Made by a program: the position numbers and the translations under genes. The notes beneath the pieces were generated by a model. That model saw nothing but the letters and a program-made list of their open reading frames with translations. It did no database searches and was not told the origin of the DNA. 64,000 bases of DNA from Fistulifera solaris (Eukaryota): assembly GCA_030295235.1 (NCBI GenBank), contig AP026143.1, forward strand, positions 1 to 64,000. The letters are read 5' to 3'. The stretch's first letter is position 1, and each line of letters starts with the position of its first letter. Below, piece after piece: positions 46,683 to 59,413 of the stretch.

Positions 46683-48961
46683 TCAAGCCAGCCCCGGTGT
46701 TAGCGGGCCGTCAAACCCAACGTCTTCCTTATCCTCGGCTGCCACTTCATCCACTGGAGGAGAGCCTCGACTCTTGCTCGACACGTATTGATGATACGCT
46801 TTATCCCCAACGAAGGGACGGGCGCCCACCAAGTCGACAATATCATCGTGCGTAATAGTCTCTTTTTCTAATAACAGCTGTGCCAATGCATCAACCTGTT
46901 CTTTCTTGGATTCAATGAGCTCTACTGTTCTGGCGTAAGCTTCCTCCACAATCCGACGCGCTTCATCATCCATCGCTTCGGCCGTTGAGTCCGAGTAGGG
47001 TTTCTCAAGCGAGTTAGGATCTTTTCGGAAGGCCAATTGTCCCAAGCGGTTGTTGAAACCAAATTCTTGAATCATACTGTACACCAATTGTGTTACGCGT
47101 CGCAAATCATCCGAAGCTCCCGTCGTGACTTCTCCGAAAAATACTTGCTCCGCCGCTCGGCCGGCTAACGCCATACACACAATGTCCATGATCTGTTCCG
47201 GACTTCGTAGAAAAACTTCTTTGGGCAAATACTGTGCAAATCCCAATGCACCACTGGTGCGTGGGATGATAGTGACTTTCAATAGCGGATCCGCATGCTC
47301 CAAAAACCATCCAGCAATGGCGTGACCCGCTTCGTGATGAGCCACAATCTCGCGTTCGTGTTTCGACATTATCTTGTTCGATTCCAAGCCACCGATAATT
47401 CGATCCGTAGCTTTTTCAAAATCTTGAATGGTCACCGACGCGGCTTTTCGACGCGCCGCGACAATGGCCGCTTCGTTGCACAAATTGGCAATATCGGCAC
47501 CCGCGAAACCAGGTGTTAGACCGGCCAATCGACCCGCAATATCTTCGGCCGGACCTTCCAAGGTAAGACCCGCCAAATGAACCAAAAGATTTCTTGTCGT
47601 CCTCGCAAATCAGGACGATCCACCGTAATTTGTCGATCAAAACGACCGGGTCGAGTCAAGGCCTGATCGAGAATATCGACACGGTTCGTGCCCGCCAACA
47701 CGACGACGCCCGTCGTAGGACTGAAACCATCCATTTCCACCAACAACTGATTGAGCGTATTTTCTCGTTCATCGTTGCCACCTCCACTGAAGCCACCGCG
47801 TCCACGCTGTCGACCTACGGCATCAATTTCGTCAATAAAGACAATGCAGGGAGCATTGGCGCGGGCTTCGGCAAACAAGTCACGGACGCGACTGGGACCG
47901 ACACCAACAAACATTTCAATGAAATCACTGCCGCTGATGGAAAAGAATGGAACACCGGATTCCCCCGCCACGGCTTTGGCCAACAAGGTTTTGCCGGTTC
48001 CGGGAGGACCACACAATAGGGCCCCTTTGGGAATTTTTGCTCCCAACTTGGTAAAGCGTTCACTGTCTTTTAAGAAATCCACAAACTCCATAACTTCCAT
48101 TTTCGCTTGTTCACAACCGGCCACATCCTTGAATGTGACGTGGACACTTTCTTTGTTGATTTTCCGCGCCGTCGATTTCCCAATCCCAAAGATGGATTTC
48201 ATATTCTGCGATCCACCTTTCGTGGTGGCACCGCCCGTCAATCCCCGAAACCCAAAATGAATCGCCACCGGCAACGCCAAGAATGGCAAAGCTTTAATAA
48301 ATTCCAGTAGCAGGTTGGTTTGTTGAATATACTTGACTTCCACCCATTCCGTCGGATGCAAATGCTGTTGCGCCGCCGCCAATTTCTCTTCCAACCGTTC
48401 GACGGAACCGATATAAAAGTAATACTTTTGTGCGGGCGTATCAGCGGTCGGTGTTGTTGTAAATTGCACCCGATTTTGATTGATGACGGTCAGAGTATCG
48501 GTATGACCTAAAAACTGTTGCTGAAAGGCTTGCCAGGTAATTTCGTGTCCTCGTTCGGCATCTTCTTGTTCGAGCCAATTGCGCAAGGCCATAATGAATA
48601 ATAGTAAAGCGATGAGACCTGGAATATTTGCCGAGTCATTCGGATTGTTCTGATTGTTGTTGTTGTGTGGCGGCGGCTTTTCGGATTTCGGTTCGCTCGA
48701 TGATTTGTGAACGTTCGCTTCGTTGAGCGGCGGCGGCGGTGATTTTCCATGCGGCGGAAAGAAATCTTCAAATCCTTTGGGTATTTTTTGTAAAGGGAAA
48801 AACGAAGGCAAGGAAACGAACGACTGAAAGGCTGCAGGATTGTTATTATTATTTTGTGATGCAACACTCCAGAAAGAAGCTACGTGACGACGATCGTTTC
48901 TTCTACGGATGTTAACAACGGGCAAACGCCGTTGTATGAGCCTTCGTGAAGCAGAATGCAT
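46683..48961 (-). CDS. Mitochondrial m-AAA protease (AFG3/paraplegin-like FtsH)
   Basis: Arg-rich presequence, two TM helices, Walker A GPPGTGKT, Walker B FIDEID, second region of homology [15 protein letters not shown] zinc motif, [10 protein letters not shown]. One frameshift near 47588. Confidence 0.95.
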
Positions 48962-49510
48962 ATTCCTTGTATCTTTCTTTGATTAATGACGATTCAAACA
49001 CTAATAGCAAGTAGTTCTTTTGACTTGTGAAGGCTTGAACAGTCTTGTTGTCAAGCACAATTGCGTTTCGTCGTTGTCATCACGTACGACCCAAATGACG
49101 CGTTTGAGTCAGGAGAGGCACGAAGAACGATGAGGATTGTCGCAGATCAGTTTTCCTACATACAGCGGTGTATCATGGTACGACAGGAACAGGGATGATT
49201 GAAACAAATTCGTTGGGGAAGTTGAGCTGTGATACAAAACTGTTGATGAATCTGCCACGTCGATCGAGAAAGAAAGCGAGGGCAGTTGGTCGTTTGTTCT
49301 TCCGGTACTGAACACTTAGAGAATAAGAAAAAAGTTCGTAGACTTGGAGAAGAACTTTCGAATTTCGAAATAAAAAGTGCGCGACGCCAACAAAATCGTT
49401 CAGAAAAAGCCATCACATCACAAAGATAACTATTCATTCTCACAATCTTCGTGCGTCGCGCTGCAAGTCGCTGCAATAATTATAAAATAAATTAACAAAG
49501 AGAACTGCGA

Positions 49511-50533
49511 ATGCCGAACCAGCTTTCCTTCGAGGCGGTCGAACACATGCTCGACGAGCTGGATTCTCTGGCGTCCTCGGACGACGATGAGTCTGCTGAA
49601 TCATCGTTATCCTTATCTTCATCCTCCACAACGGCTTCATCCTCGTGTCTTTCGGTCACAGGAAGTGATTCTTCGACTTTGGTCTGGTCCAATCACCATC
49701 CTTCTGACACGGATGTTGCGGAAGAAGAGTCCTCTTTACTACTATCGGTGATACGACACTACTGCTGTTGTCATTTTCTGCGAGTACTGATGCAGCGATT
49801 TTCCTACGCACCAGAGGACGATTCACAACGAGAACCGTTGTTGCAGCCGGAAGAAAAGGGCGACGATGTAGCTATGTCTCCATGCTCGACACTAGGATCA
49901 CCGAAACGAAACGCACCGAAACGATCGTTTTCTGCCGAAGAACGTGTCTTGGCGTTGATTCATCAACGACAATCGGCAACCGCGGGGAATGGACCCAAGC
50001 CGTGGGATACCTTTCAAACGATCCTACAAAACGAAAAAAGAAATGTCGCCACCTGTTCGGCGAAGGAATTGCCATCCGACTATTGGGTACCATGGAATAC
50101 CGAGGGATATTCGCTCGAATTGACCAAAGCTGTTCGGCAGGGTGATGTATCGTTGGTGCAATCGTATGCGGGAAATTTACAATGCAGCAATGCGTACGGA
50201 GAAAGTATTCTCCATGTCGCCGCCCGACGCGGCGATCTCGTTTTGTTGCAATATTTGGTCGAGCAGCGTGCCATTTCGTTGCGGGTGTGTTGTGAAAGTG
50301 AACGAAACGTCTTACACGACGCCTGCTGGACGAGTCGTCCTTCCTTTGCTTGTATCAGCTGGTTGTTGGAGCATGTTCCGGAATTATTATTAGTCCAAGA
50401 TGCACGGGGACGCGCGCCGTTGGAATATGCGCCGTCGGATACGTGGGACGAATGGAATGCCTATCTAAAAGAAAATCCGCATCTGGTGCTGTTGAGTGCG
50501 GACCGCTTGGAAACGCTGCGGAGGGTTCATTAA
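49511..50533 (+). CDS. Ankyrin-repeat protein
   Basis: CSNAYGESILHVAARRG, RNVLHDACW, QDARGRAPLEY; Ser-rich N-terminus. Confidence 0.82.
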   Translation: MPNQLSFEAVEHMLDELDSLASSDDDESAESSLSLSSSSTTASSSCLSVTGSDSSTLVWSNHHPSDTDVAEEESSLLLSVIRHYCCCHFLRVLMQRFSYAPEDDSQREPLLQPEEKGDDVAMSPCSTLGSPKRNAPKRSFSAEERVLALIHQRQSATAGNGPKPWDTFQTILQNEKRNVATCSAKELPSDYWVPWNTEGYSLELTKAVRQGDVSLVQSYAGNLQCSNAYGESILHVAARRGDLVLLQYLVEQRAISLRVCCESERNVLHDACWTSRPSFACISWLLEHVPELLLVQDARGRAPLEYAPSDTWDEWNAYLKENPHLVLLSADRLETLRRVH

Positions 50534-52241
50534 TTGGGAATGAAATAATTGATGAGAGAGAACTTTATGAACGAGTCGTATGAAACCATTTTTGTTGACA
50601 TCGCTCTTGACAACTTTTTTGTTACGTGAAATTAGAGTAATGAATTCATAAATAGCAATTCTTATTTGCTTAAGACACTGTCCATTCAGAATATAGGCAG
50701 TAGGCAGAGTCTCGTCAGAAACTGACTATAGAATGTTGAGCTGCAATGTCTTTTCTTTTTTCTATACCCATGTTATCAAGCCTGTCGGCTGTCATTCCAG
50801 CGTACAAACAAAGAAAAGTGCATACAGCTTTGTACAGCATTACGGCCTCGCCTGCTCCGCTTTCGCTTCGTAACGACATCCCGTCGGTCCGCACACTTTC
50901 GTCTGTTGTGGAGCGTGACACCCCATGGCCGGGGATTGCTTGCGTCCCGTCAAACGTGCTATTCCGTTCGCGATGCACGAGCAAAAGTCAATGATGAGTC
51001 ACAATACCATTCTTTTGAAAATAAGAAAGTTATCTTGAAAATGAAAAGGGATATCTGGTTGTGAAGTGTTTTATGATTGTCTCCTGCATAAATGTGATGA
51101 TGATTCGGTCGTGATCGTTGTTGTTTAATTGATGTAGTCTATGAAAGCAAGTGAGATGCATTTTTTTTTCTCCGAAAGGCCTCCCACCTTCCGAGTCCCT
51201 TTAAACGACTTAGTCACGTTCATGACGCCATATCCCCACGCGCCACGCACACTTTAACCTATACTTCCCAAAGATACATTATCGCTTTCGATTGGCTGGC
51301 TGTTCGCGTTTTCGCGTGGATTACTGCGACGTTTGAATTGCCCCTTCATAGTCGTGGACAACCGCTATGTAGTCATACAGTCATGGTGGCAACAGGACTT
51401 CCCATTTGTCACATGATCAAAACAGTAGTGGGAATCGCTATACAACACGTTCCACTTGGCAGATCTTATCGCGAATCGTAATAGTGAATAAAAAAGTACG
51501 TAAACGGAAAATAGGATCCCATAAAACAATAAAGAATAGAATGTCTCGATGATCCTTCAAACTTCAATATTCAACGTTCAAGGGCTTTTGTCAGCGTAGA
51601 ACAGTTGACATTTTATTCTTTTGCGGCGATAGATCTTCTCCGTCAACCAGTCAGCGTGTGAAACTGCAATTCTGTGATGTAAACAGTAGGCCGATGTTCC
51701 CGTTCCGTCGTCTGGATGGATACCAGTCGTGTGTCGTGTCCGATCCGACACGATACGACCGAACAAACACATATCCGTTCGTTCGGCTTCCTTAAGAGTC
51801 ATAGTGGTGACTTGAAATTACTTAGAGATGAAGTCGTGAGAGTCCCGTCGCATCTGTTTACGACCTACGGCCCCGGCTATTCGCTGTTCCGACTACCAAT
51901 GGCCTTTTGTTCTACTGGGATGATGCTTCTGGACATCTTGGGTTGCAACTGTTTTTATCGAAACAAGTCATTCACAGTTTATTTCGCCCCTTCCTCGTTT
52001 CGCAACAAAAGTTGTCTTGCTCGTTTGCATAGTACTTCAGTAGTCCACGTCCGGCCAACTTCTTCCTTGGAAGGACACGGCAACAAGATCATTGTTCAAT
52101 CGGTTGTTATTTTTGGGGTCGCCCGTCCGAGACGTTCATCACACAAAAAAATATCCAATTCATTCGTTCAATACCTGGTAGACACGAAACAACGATACTC
52201 AAACAGCATTCCTCACACATCATTCATCGTATAGAACAAGA

Positions 52242-53234
52242 ATGGAAGGCACACTGAAAAGAAGCGATTCGAATGAAGAGGATCAAAAGATGTCGGCGCA
52301 GCAAGAACAACAACGAGAAGATCCGTCCTCTTCCGCGACAACCGATCTTTCGATCGCCGCTCCCGCCAAAAAGACGAGAAAGAAAGACAAAAACAAACCA
52401 AAACGGCCACTCAGTGCGTATAATCTCTTCTTCAAAGATGAACGCTTACGGTACCTCAAAGAAGAAGAAGAACAGCCCCCGACCTCGGGTCCGAAAGACA
52501 AGTTCTTGAATATGTCACGTGAAATTGGCCGCCGATGGATGAATCTTTCCAGTGAACGACGAAAAATATACGAAGCGTTAGCGGAAGAAGCCATGTTTCG
52601 GTATCGTGTCAGTATGGATGCCTATAAAGCTCGCAAACAACTCGAAGAGACTGCGGCGACGCAGCTACTCGCGCAGCAGCAACCCGCCGTCGCACGTCCT
52701 GCTCCACCCGATCGGACGGCCTTTGCTTCTGCCTTTCAACAGTATTCTTTGGAAAATACTCACAAGTCGACGGCGGCATTGGAATCCTTTCTCTTGGCGA
52801 ATCAAGCGACACATCTTCCGACGGGTGCTCTGCCGATGCATATGCTTCAATCGGCCGCCAGTCGCGAACTCTTGCATCGTCCGGAATCATCATCGGCGGA
52901 AACCAACCTACTAAATTATCTGTTACTAGAGAAACTAGCACAAAGTCGAGAACGGGCCGAAGATGCGACAACAATGCGATTGAATGCGTTATTGCAGGCA
53001 CGAGCACCGCACGAGCGGCCTCCCACATTGGATGCGCGGTGGTTGTATGACAATCGGATGCTTCCGACAGCACCGTCCATACCAATGAATCAAGCACCCA
53101 ATCGTGACTTGAGAGAGCAGCGGAAACAAGAGTTGCTCGAATTTGTGCGGCAACAGCAGAATCCTCAATGGATGGAGTTGTTGAATCCGGAGAATCAACC
53201 CAATCCCCATGGGAATCCGCATCGAAAGTTTTGA
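52242..53234 (+). CDS. HMG-box transcription factor
   Basis: KPKRPLSAYNLFFKDER...FLNMSREIGRRWMNL...YEALAEE; intact 330-aa ORF. Confidence 0.9.
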   Translation: MEGTLKRSDSNEEDQKMSAQQEQQREDPSSSATTDLSIAAPAKKTRKKDKNKPKRPLSAYNLFFKDERLRYLKEEEEQPPTSGPKDKFLNMSREIGRRWMNLSSERRKIYEALAEEAMFRYRVSMDAYKARKQLEETAATQLLAQQQPAVARPAPPDRTAFASAFQQYSLENTHKSTAALESFLLANQATHLPTGALPMHMLQSAASRELLHRPESSSAETNLLNYLLLEKLAQSRERAEDATTMRLNALLQARAPHERPPTLDARWLYDNRMLPTAPSIPMNQAPNRDLREQRKQELLEFVRQQQNPQWMELLNPENQPNPHGNPHRKF

Positions 53235-53401
53235 TGCTCTCTTTTGCATAACTAAATGGTATTAGCAAGCTGTAATCTCTCATAACAAATTCAACGTAAA
53301 TTATCCGCTTTAAAAGTAAGCTAATGGACAACATGATGTACTCATGAATTTACAGTCAAAGAATTTATATGCAATTATTTACTGAGCTTAGTACCTTACA
53401 C

Positions 53402-55007
53402 TCAATCTTCCTCGTCGTGAATATTTTGAACAATCCGTTGAATATGTTGAACGATGGATCGACGATCATATCGGTGAACAACTAAAGCCGCTCCTATGTT
53501 GCCTCGGAAATACGGACCTCGTATGGCAGGTTCTTCTCCTTCTTCGTCCGAAGAGTAATACTGATACGTGAACGCGGTGGTATCCGCTCTATATCCATTG
53601 ATGCGTTCCCAGTCACTTTCGTTGGAGGCGTCATCATGGTCGTCGTCGGAGCTCTCGTCTTCGTCGTCGTCCTCATCTTCGTCCATCTCCTCGTCCTCAC
53701 CTTCTTCTTCATAATCTTCGTCTTCACCTTCCTCAACCTCATCATTCTCTTCTTGCTGACGTTGATATTCTCTCAACTGTGCGACCATCGCATGTGCTTC
53801 CTCCAAACTAGGACCTTCATCATCATTGTCATCGTCCATTGATGCATCCTCTGCTGCCGCAGCCTGCCGTTTCCTCTGCCGCTTTTCGTGCTTAATGGCT
53901 TCCGCCGAATCCGAAAACCAATCCCAACGACACATATTCAAAATATAGTAAATGCATTCATCCGGCAACGAACTCATGACACAACCATCCCGACGTTGCA
54001 AGGCCAACAACGACGTGGTCGCGTCCCGAAAGGACGGTCCAAATTGTTGGTGAATTTGCGGATTCCACAACTGATAGACGGCACCGTACTGAATTTGTCC
54101 GACGAATTCCCGACGATCCCGCCACGCATTCCCCCATCCCCAAATGGGCATTTGACCAAAGGCGGTGGGAGACAAGTGCGCCTTGCCACTGTGAATCGAA
54201 AGAAACGGATCCTGGTAGCGCGGCACGTGCGGGGCGATGCGTGGATCCGCGTCATCGTACACTATGGCATCATCGCCACCCCGCGTCGAATGAATGTAAA
54301 TGCCGCGCACTTGGCCCGGATACAAGAGGACGGGTTGTGCGAATTCGAGTGTTTGATAGCGCGATTGGGATGGTGCGTGCTTTTGTGCATATATTTGGGT
54401 CCAGTGACGCGGCGTCAAACGAGTCTGGAATCGACCCTGTGCATCAACTTGTTCGTCTTCGTTGGTGATCCAGACCGTCAATGAGCCTAATTGACCGCGA
54501 ACGGCGATCGATTTTAACACAATGTGCTGTACCGGTAAAACTGCTTTGGCTCGAATGGGGAACATGATGCCACTGATGAAGTAGAAAAAAGAAAGGAGCA
54601 AAATGACGAATGAGTGAGCGAGTCGAAAGAGAAATAATAAAGTCGGTGAAGAAACAAGGATAAGTGCGATATTGCAAATGAAGAGGGACGCCTTTGCATA
54701 TTCATAGTAAAGCCTTAAAGTTTTGTCTTAACATTCTTTCTTTCGTTTCTTGTTGCATCGAAGGAGACAGGAAGAATAATTGATTGATGATAAAAAGTCT
54801 TTGATATTTACTTACCAGAACGTATGATCCTCATTGTCTAACACCATCAATAAAACAGATAAATAGATCTTTTGTGAGTCTTAGCCGCATTAATTGAACG
54901 CAGAATGCCCATTCAGCGAACACAGGATATCTTTTACCTTGTGTATCGACGCGGACCGTCTCGTGCACTTCGTAAGTTGCAAATGTAGGTCGATTGAGCG
55001 CCGCCAT
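53402..55007 (-). CDS. Hypothetical protein with a globular N-terminal domain and a very acidic C-terminal tract
   Basis: Long ORF 53402-54601 (WGWGNAWRDRREFVGQI; LPDECIYYILNMC; poly-D/E). A probable first exon MAALNRPTFATY starts at 55007 with intervening introns; the exon structure is unresolved. Confidence 0.65.
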
Positions 55008-55566
55008 TCTATTGTAAATATTAAAGAGTCGATCAAATCTTAGGCAGGAAAGAAAAAAGAAGAGAGAGATGATAAGATCGACAGCACGAACATTCGTGCC
55101 CCGAAAGAAGGAGTTGTTCCGTGTTGGCAAAAAATCGTCACGAGGAAAAGCTCTCCTCCGTCAAGATTTATTATTGACGTCACGAAATGTCACGGAAAAG
55201 ACAGAGGAGGAGTCGTCGAGAAATTCCACATTCCGCATTCCACATTCCCCAAAACGCTCGCTCAGATTCTCTGATCTGACAAATCACAGCAGAAAGAATT
55301 TCGGTCTGCTTTTTGTTGCGTCTCTGATCCTGTTCAAAACAACGATACGTCAGACATACTTTCCGTCTGATCGAAATGCTTCAAAATGATAAGTGAGCAA
55401 AGACAATGCAGAGAGAAATATCGTCTATTTCTCAGCATCATGAAGCTCAATCCTTTCTCTGGTCGCGCAAAGTAACGTCAAACAGAAGGTTAGGCTGACT
55501 TGCAGTTTCAAAATTTCCTAGAAATTAGGTGTCTGTTTAGTAGTCGGCCTTCAAATGTTCTATATG

Positions 55567-56178
55567 TCAATATTCGTTGTCGTCTAATATGTGTTCGAGA
55601 ACAAACAAACTTGGGGTTTCCATCACACGGACTAGTTTTCGTTTGGGACCTTCTTCCACCACACCAACCCACAGATATTTCCACGATCCGCCACTCGTCC
55701 CCGGAAGCCTCTTGCGTGACACGGGTTGACCAAACACACGAATGGTCGTTTCTTCAAAAAAGACATCCAGTTGTTTCGCATTCTTTCGTTGTCGTCGCGC
55801 CAGTAACTCGATTTTCAAAGGCCCCCATTCGACCTCATTGATGAAATGCGTCGAATTGACAAAGGTCTGTGTCACTTGACCGGCCACGGTTCCGAACAAT
55901 TTTCCGGACGACGCACCGGGTGCGCCGGAATACACCAAGCGATGCACGCCCTGTAGCGGCAGGTCGGCGGGTCGAGGATTGCCGCCCGATAATCGCTTTG
56001 CCGCCGACACCACGTCGTCTTGATCTTGGATGCTGCGAAACGAGCCGACGGGGCCAAATTTGCGGGCATTTTCTAGAAAACGAAGGATGGATGTTTGTTG
56101 TTGTTTCGGAAACGACAACCACGCAGATGCGTTGCCCAGCAGCACGGGCAGTATGAGAACTCGGTAAAGTTGGTACAT
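55567..56178 (-). CDS. Plastid lipid-associated protein/fibrillin-like
   Basis: Signal peptide ending NASA-W (ASAFAP variant); NPRPADLPLQGVHRLVYS, GQVTQTF, VFFEET, RVMETPSLFVL. Confidence 0.7.
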   Translation of the reverse strand: MYQLYRVLILPVLLGNASAWLSFPKQQQTSILRFLENARKFGPVGSFRSIQDQDDVVSAAKRLSGGNPRPADLPLQGVHRLVYSGAPGASSGKLFGTVAGQVTQTFVNSTHFINEVEWGPLKIELLARRQRKNAKQLDVFFEETTIRVFGQPVSRKRLPGTSGGSWKYLWVGVVEEGPKRKLVRVMETPSLFVLEHILDDNEY

Positions 56179-58163
56179 GTTGATCGTCGTAAAGGCGTTG
56201 ATGAGGAGATCTTTTGCCGAAACCTCGTCTTTTCTTGCACCTTCGTTAAAGATGAACTTGATATTTATGAATTTAAGTCCAATTCTTTGTTGTGAAGACC
56301 TATTATGATATTAAAGTTCCTGATAATGTACATGGTAGCAACGACTGCCTCGGTTCTGTTCTCGCAAACACATTCTTCGTCGTCATCGTCATCGCGTGCG
56401 AGGAGATTATTATTTTCTACTCCGTATGTTTTTAGATCTAGACACCTGCAATAAGGTTAGAGGTGCGGGCTCTAACAACTCAGCGCACGTGCGCGTGTAC
56501 TGTACCGTTTACTGTCTCGAAATCTGTACCATTAAGCATGACCAGTGAGACAGACGCCTAGCTTTTCGCCGCCATGTCGCCGCTAATGATTAACAGCATC
56601 TACTCCGTGCGTTTTTAATCACCTAGGTCCAGTCGAGAAGAACTTGTTCTAATAGCGATCTTCATTTCCACACTCATCGGGGCAACGAAACTTATTCGAC
56701 CTCTGTCGTCGAGATGTCTCTAACTTTGAAGTACTGTCGACGCCAAACTTTGTCAAATGAATACGCAAGTGAGAAAAGGTTGCTAGGTAAAAAAGCAGCA
56801 TCACGGTCACGACAAAAGTCTAAGTGTTTCATTGATAGATTGGACAATCAACGAAAGAGATAGTTGAAAATGTTCATGGCATGGGGGATGGGGGGATTCT
56901 GCAATCTAACTGATTTCTCGCTTCACCATTGCACCACACGATAGCCGGCGATGGCTTTGTGTTCCCTGTATTATCCAATTTCCTCTTCTTCTCTCCTTCT
57001 CAGAAAAGCGACAAACATAGCCCTACTTCTTTACAAACTGTGCTTAGCGTTTAGCGTTTACGGTTTACGGTTTATCGTTTCCGAATCCCGTTTACCGTTT
57101 ACCCTTCATCCAGCATCCAGTAGAAGAATACCTTGAAGCCGTACGTAATCACGCAGTCACGCAGTGCAATAGACAAGTAGAAACAGGGAATCACTCGAAT
57201 CAATCGTCAAAATGAACAAGGGACACGGGACACACAATACACAACTGACGAGCGATCAACTGATGTTGACTGGTGATAGTCGACAGGTTTACTCGCGGGA
57301 CGCAGTTGATTCGTGGATCAAAGGGGATGATTCTTACATAATAACGACAAATGCATTCTTTTGGGCCGATGTCGAACAGCCCATTTGATTATTTCCAGTG
57401 CCGTTTTTGATGAGTGGACGTCCAAACATCAATGCGAACCCCAAGCCGAATTCATACTTTTTAAAAGTTCAAAACTCAGCTCTTTTCATGTTTATTTTAC
57501 AAGTCATTAAAGTTTCGCAACGAAAGAAAGTATATAATCAGAATATTGGGATTTTTACCACAAAAAATCGGTAAAAGACGGAATTAGGCCGATAATAACA
57601 TGACGCCCTGGCCTGATTCGAAGTGTTCGATGATGTCGAGAAATGTTCGGAGTTGAAAATGGACTGCAAAGAAAAGAGTGAGTAGCGAGTAACGGCCGTC
57701 TTTCCACAAGTTACGTATTATCATGATTCCGTACTCTTCCTTATTACTCTCCATGAAGGATACAATCAATAGATACGGCATACGGGAATCCGAGTAGAGA
57801 ACAAAAGAATAAGACACAGAAACGACAGATCCACGGATCACAAATTCAACTTCTACAGTGTGCACTCGCCTCGCCGGACCGGAATATTTTTGATAAAGTT
57901 TGCAGCCGAAGATGGCTTAGAGTAGTCCGATTTGAGCGTGTACTAACATCCTTATTTCCGACAAAGCCATTAACGTGGTCGCTGACTGACTCCATGGCGT
58001 GTGTCGATGTGGCTCCTGCAACACAAAGAAGACAAACCATCGGAACAAGCAAAATATTCATTTGAATTTTTCTCCAAAGGGACCCTTGGTAGTTCTAAAA
58101 GATTGGAAGGGCTGGTAGCAACCGTGGCGGTTCTAGATTTTTCTAGGAGCTGGAACTCTCGAG

Positions 58164-59305
58164 ATGGATCCAGAAAAACGGCGGGGTGCTGGCGATAGGC
58201 GAAGGCGCCTGGATGATGTTGCAGGTACGTTGTGCACGTTTGAAGCCCACTGGATATCTCGCATGGAAGTGAGAGAAGCTAACGTACGAAAAGCTGGTTC
58301 ACTGCAGAGTGCCATGCAGCAGCAAGTATTACGGTCAGCATCGACTACAGCCAGCCATGACGACTCATTGACAGAGCCTGAAAAAGAGAGCTTCAACCGT
58401 TTGATAGATGGGTTTATAGCGGCAAGTCCAAGTTATCCGCCACTAAATGAGAGATCCCTGGAGCCAAACGATGTTTTTCATAGACAAGACTTACTTCATC
58501 GATATATGCAGCAAGCCCCGGTACCAGCTGCCCTGCCCAGCTCCACTGGTTTTGATCCTCTTCCGAATCTACCAGCTTGGTCGATCGACAACGAGATTAT
58601 TCGATAGTTCCCTTACAAGGGTTTCCCTTTTTCGAAACAGATATTCAGCCCCTGAACTTTAGATTTAACGAGTCCAATGCCACGATACACGAGCAAGAAC
58701 GCTCCTTGCAGCCAACCACCGCATTTGCTCACCATAACCCAAGTTCTACTCATAGCGATCATGCGATACCATATCCGCATTTACCCCAAGGCGGGACGAC
58801 GTTTTCAACGCAAAGGCTCGCACCATCGGCAATGCCAGCTTATGAAGGATATTCGACACGTCGATCAACCAGTCGCATCCTGTATCAGCCTGGAGATGAT
58901 TCGTTGCTTTCCGAATATCAATGTACCATTCGAAAACAAATAGAGGTCTTCGCCGCGGATGAGAAAGATGTTGAAGATGTCGGTTCGGGCCGTTCGGGGT
59001 GGATCACAGTCGGACAAGTTGGACTGCGGTGTTGCCATTGCGCCCATCTTCCACCCAGCCAACGCGCTCGCGGATCTACTGCCTTTCCCACTCGACTCGA
59101 CGTTCTCTATCAAACCGCACAAAACTTGGCTAAATCGCATCTAGAGAAAAATTGCCTTCATATTTCCCAGCCCGTTCGCGAAATGCTGAAAGCACTGCGC
59201 ATTCAAAAGCAACCGAGTGGTCAGGGGAAACTATATTGGGCCGAAAGTGTCCAGGAATTAGGCGTTGTCGAAGGACCCGGAGGATTGCGATTTGCTTCTT
59301 CATAA
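58164..59305 (+). CDS. Hypothetical protein with a C-terminal Cys/His domain of a diatom-expanded family
   Basis: DDSLLSEYQCTIRKQIEVF...GQVGLRCCHC...FPTRLDVLYQTAQN...HLEKNC...YW. Two overlapping ORFs join near 58580-58600. Confidence 0.7.
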
Positions 59306-59413
59306 ATAGAGTTGTAAAATTTGTCTGCTGCTGCACAAATTGTAAGAATAACATTCCCCGTACTGAAACCGCTTCACCAATCCGGTTTTCCTTTTATAGT
59401 TGAATCGTCGTTT

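Noticed and set aside
57250..58061. Degenerate secreted-protein gene on the minus strand
   Set aside because: Signal-like start only; short broken ORFs with no recognisable motif.
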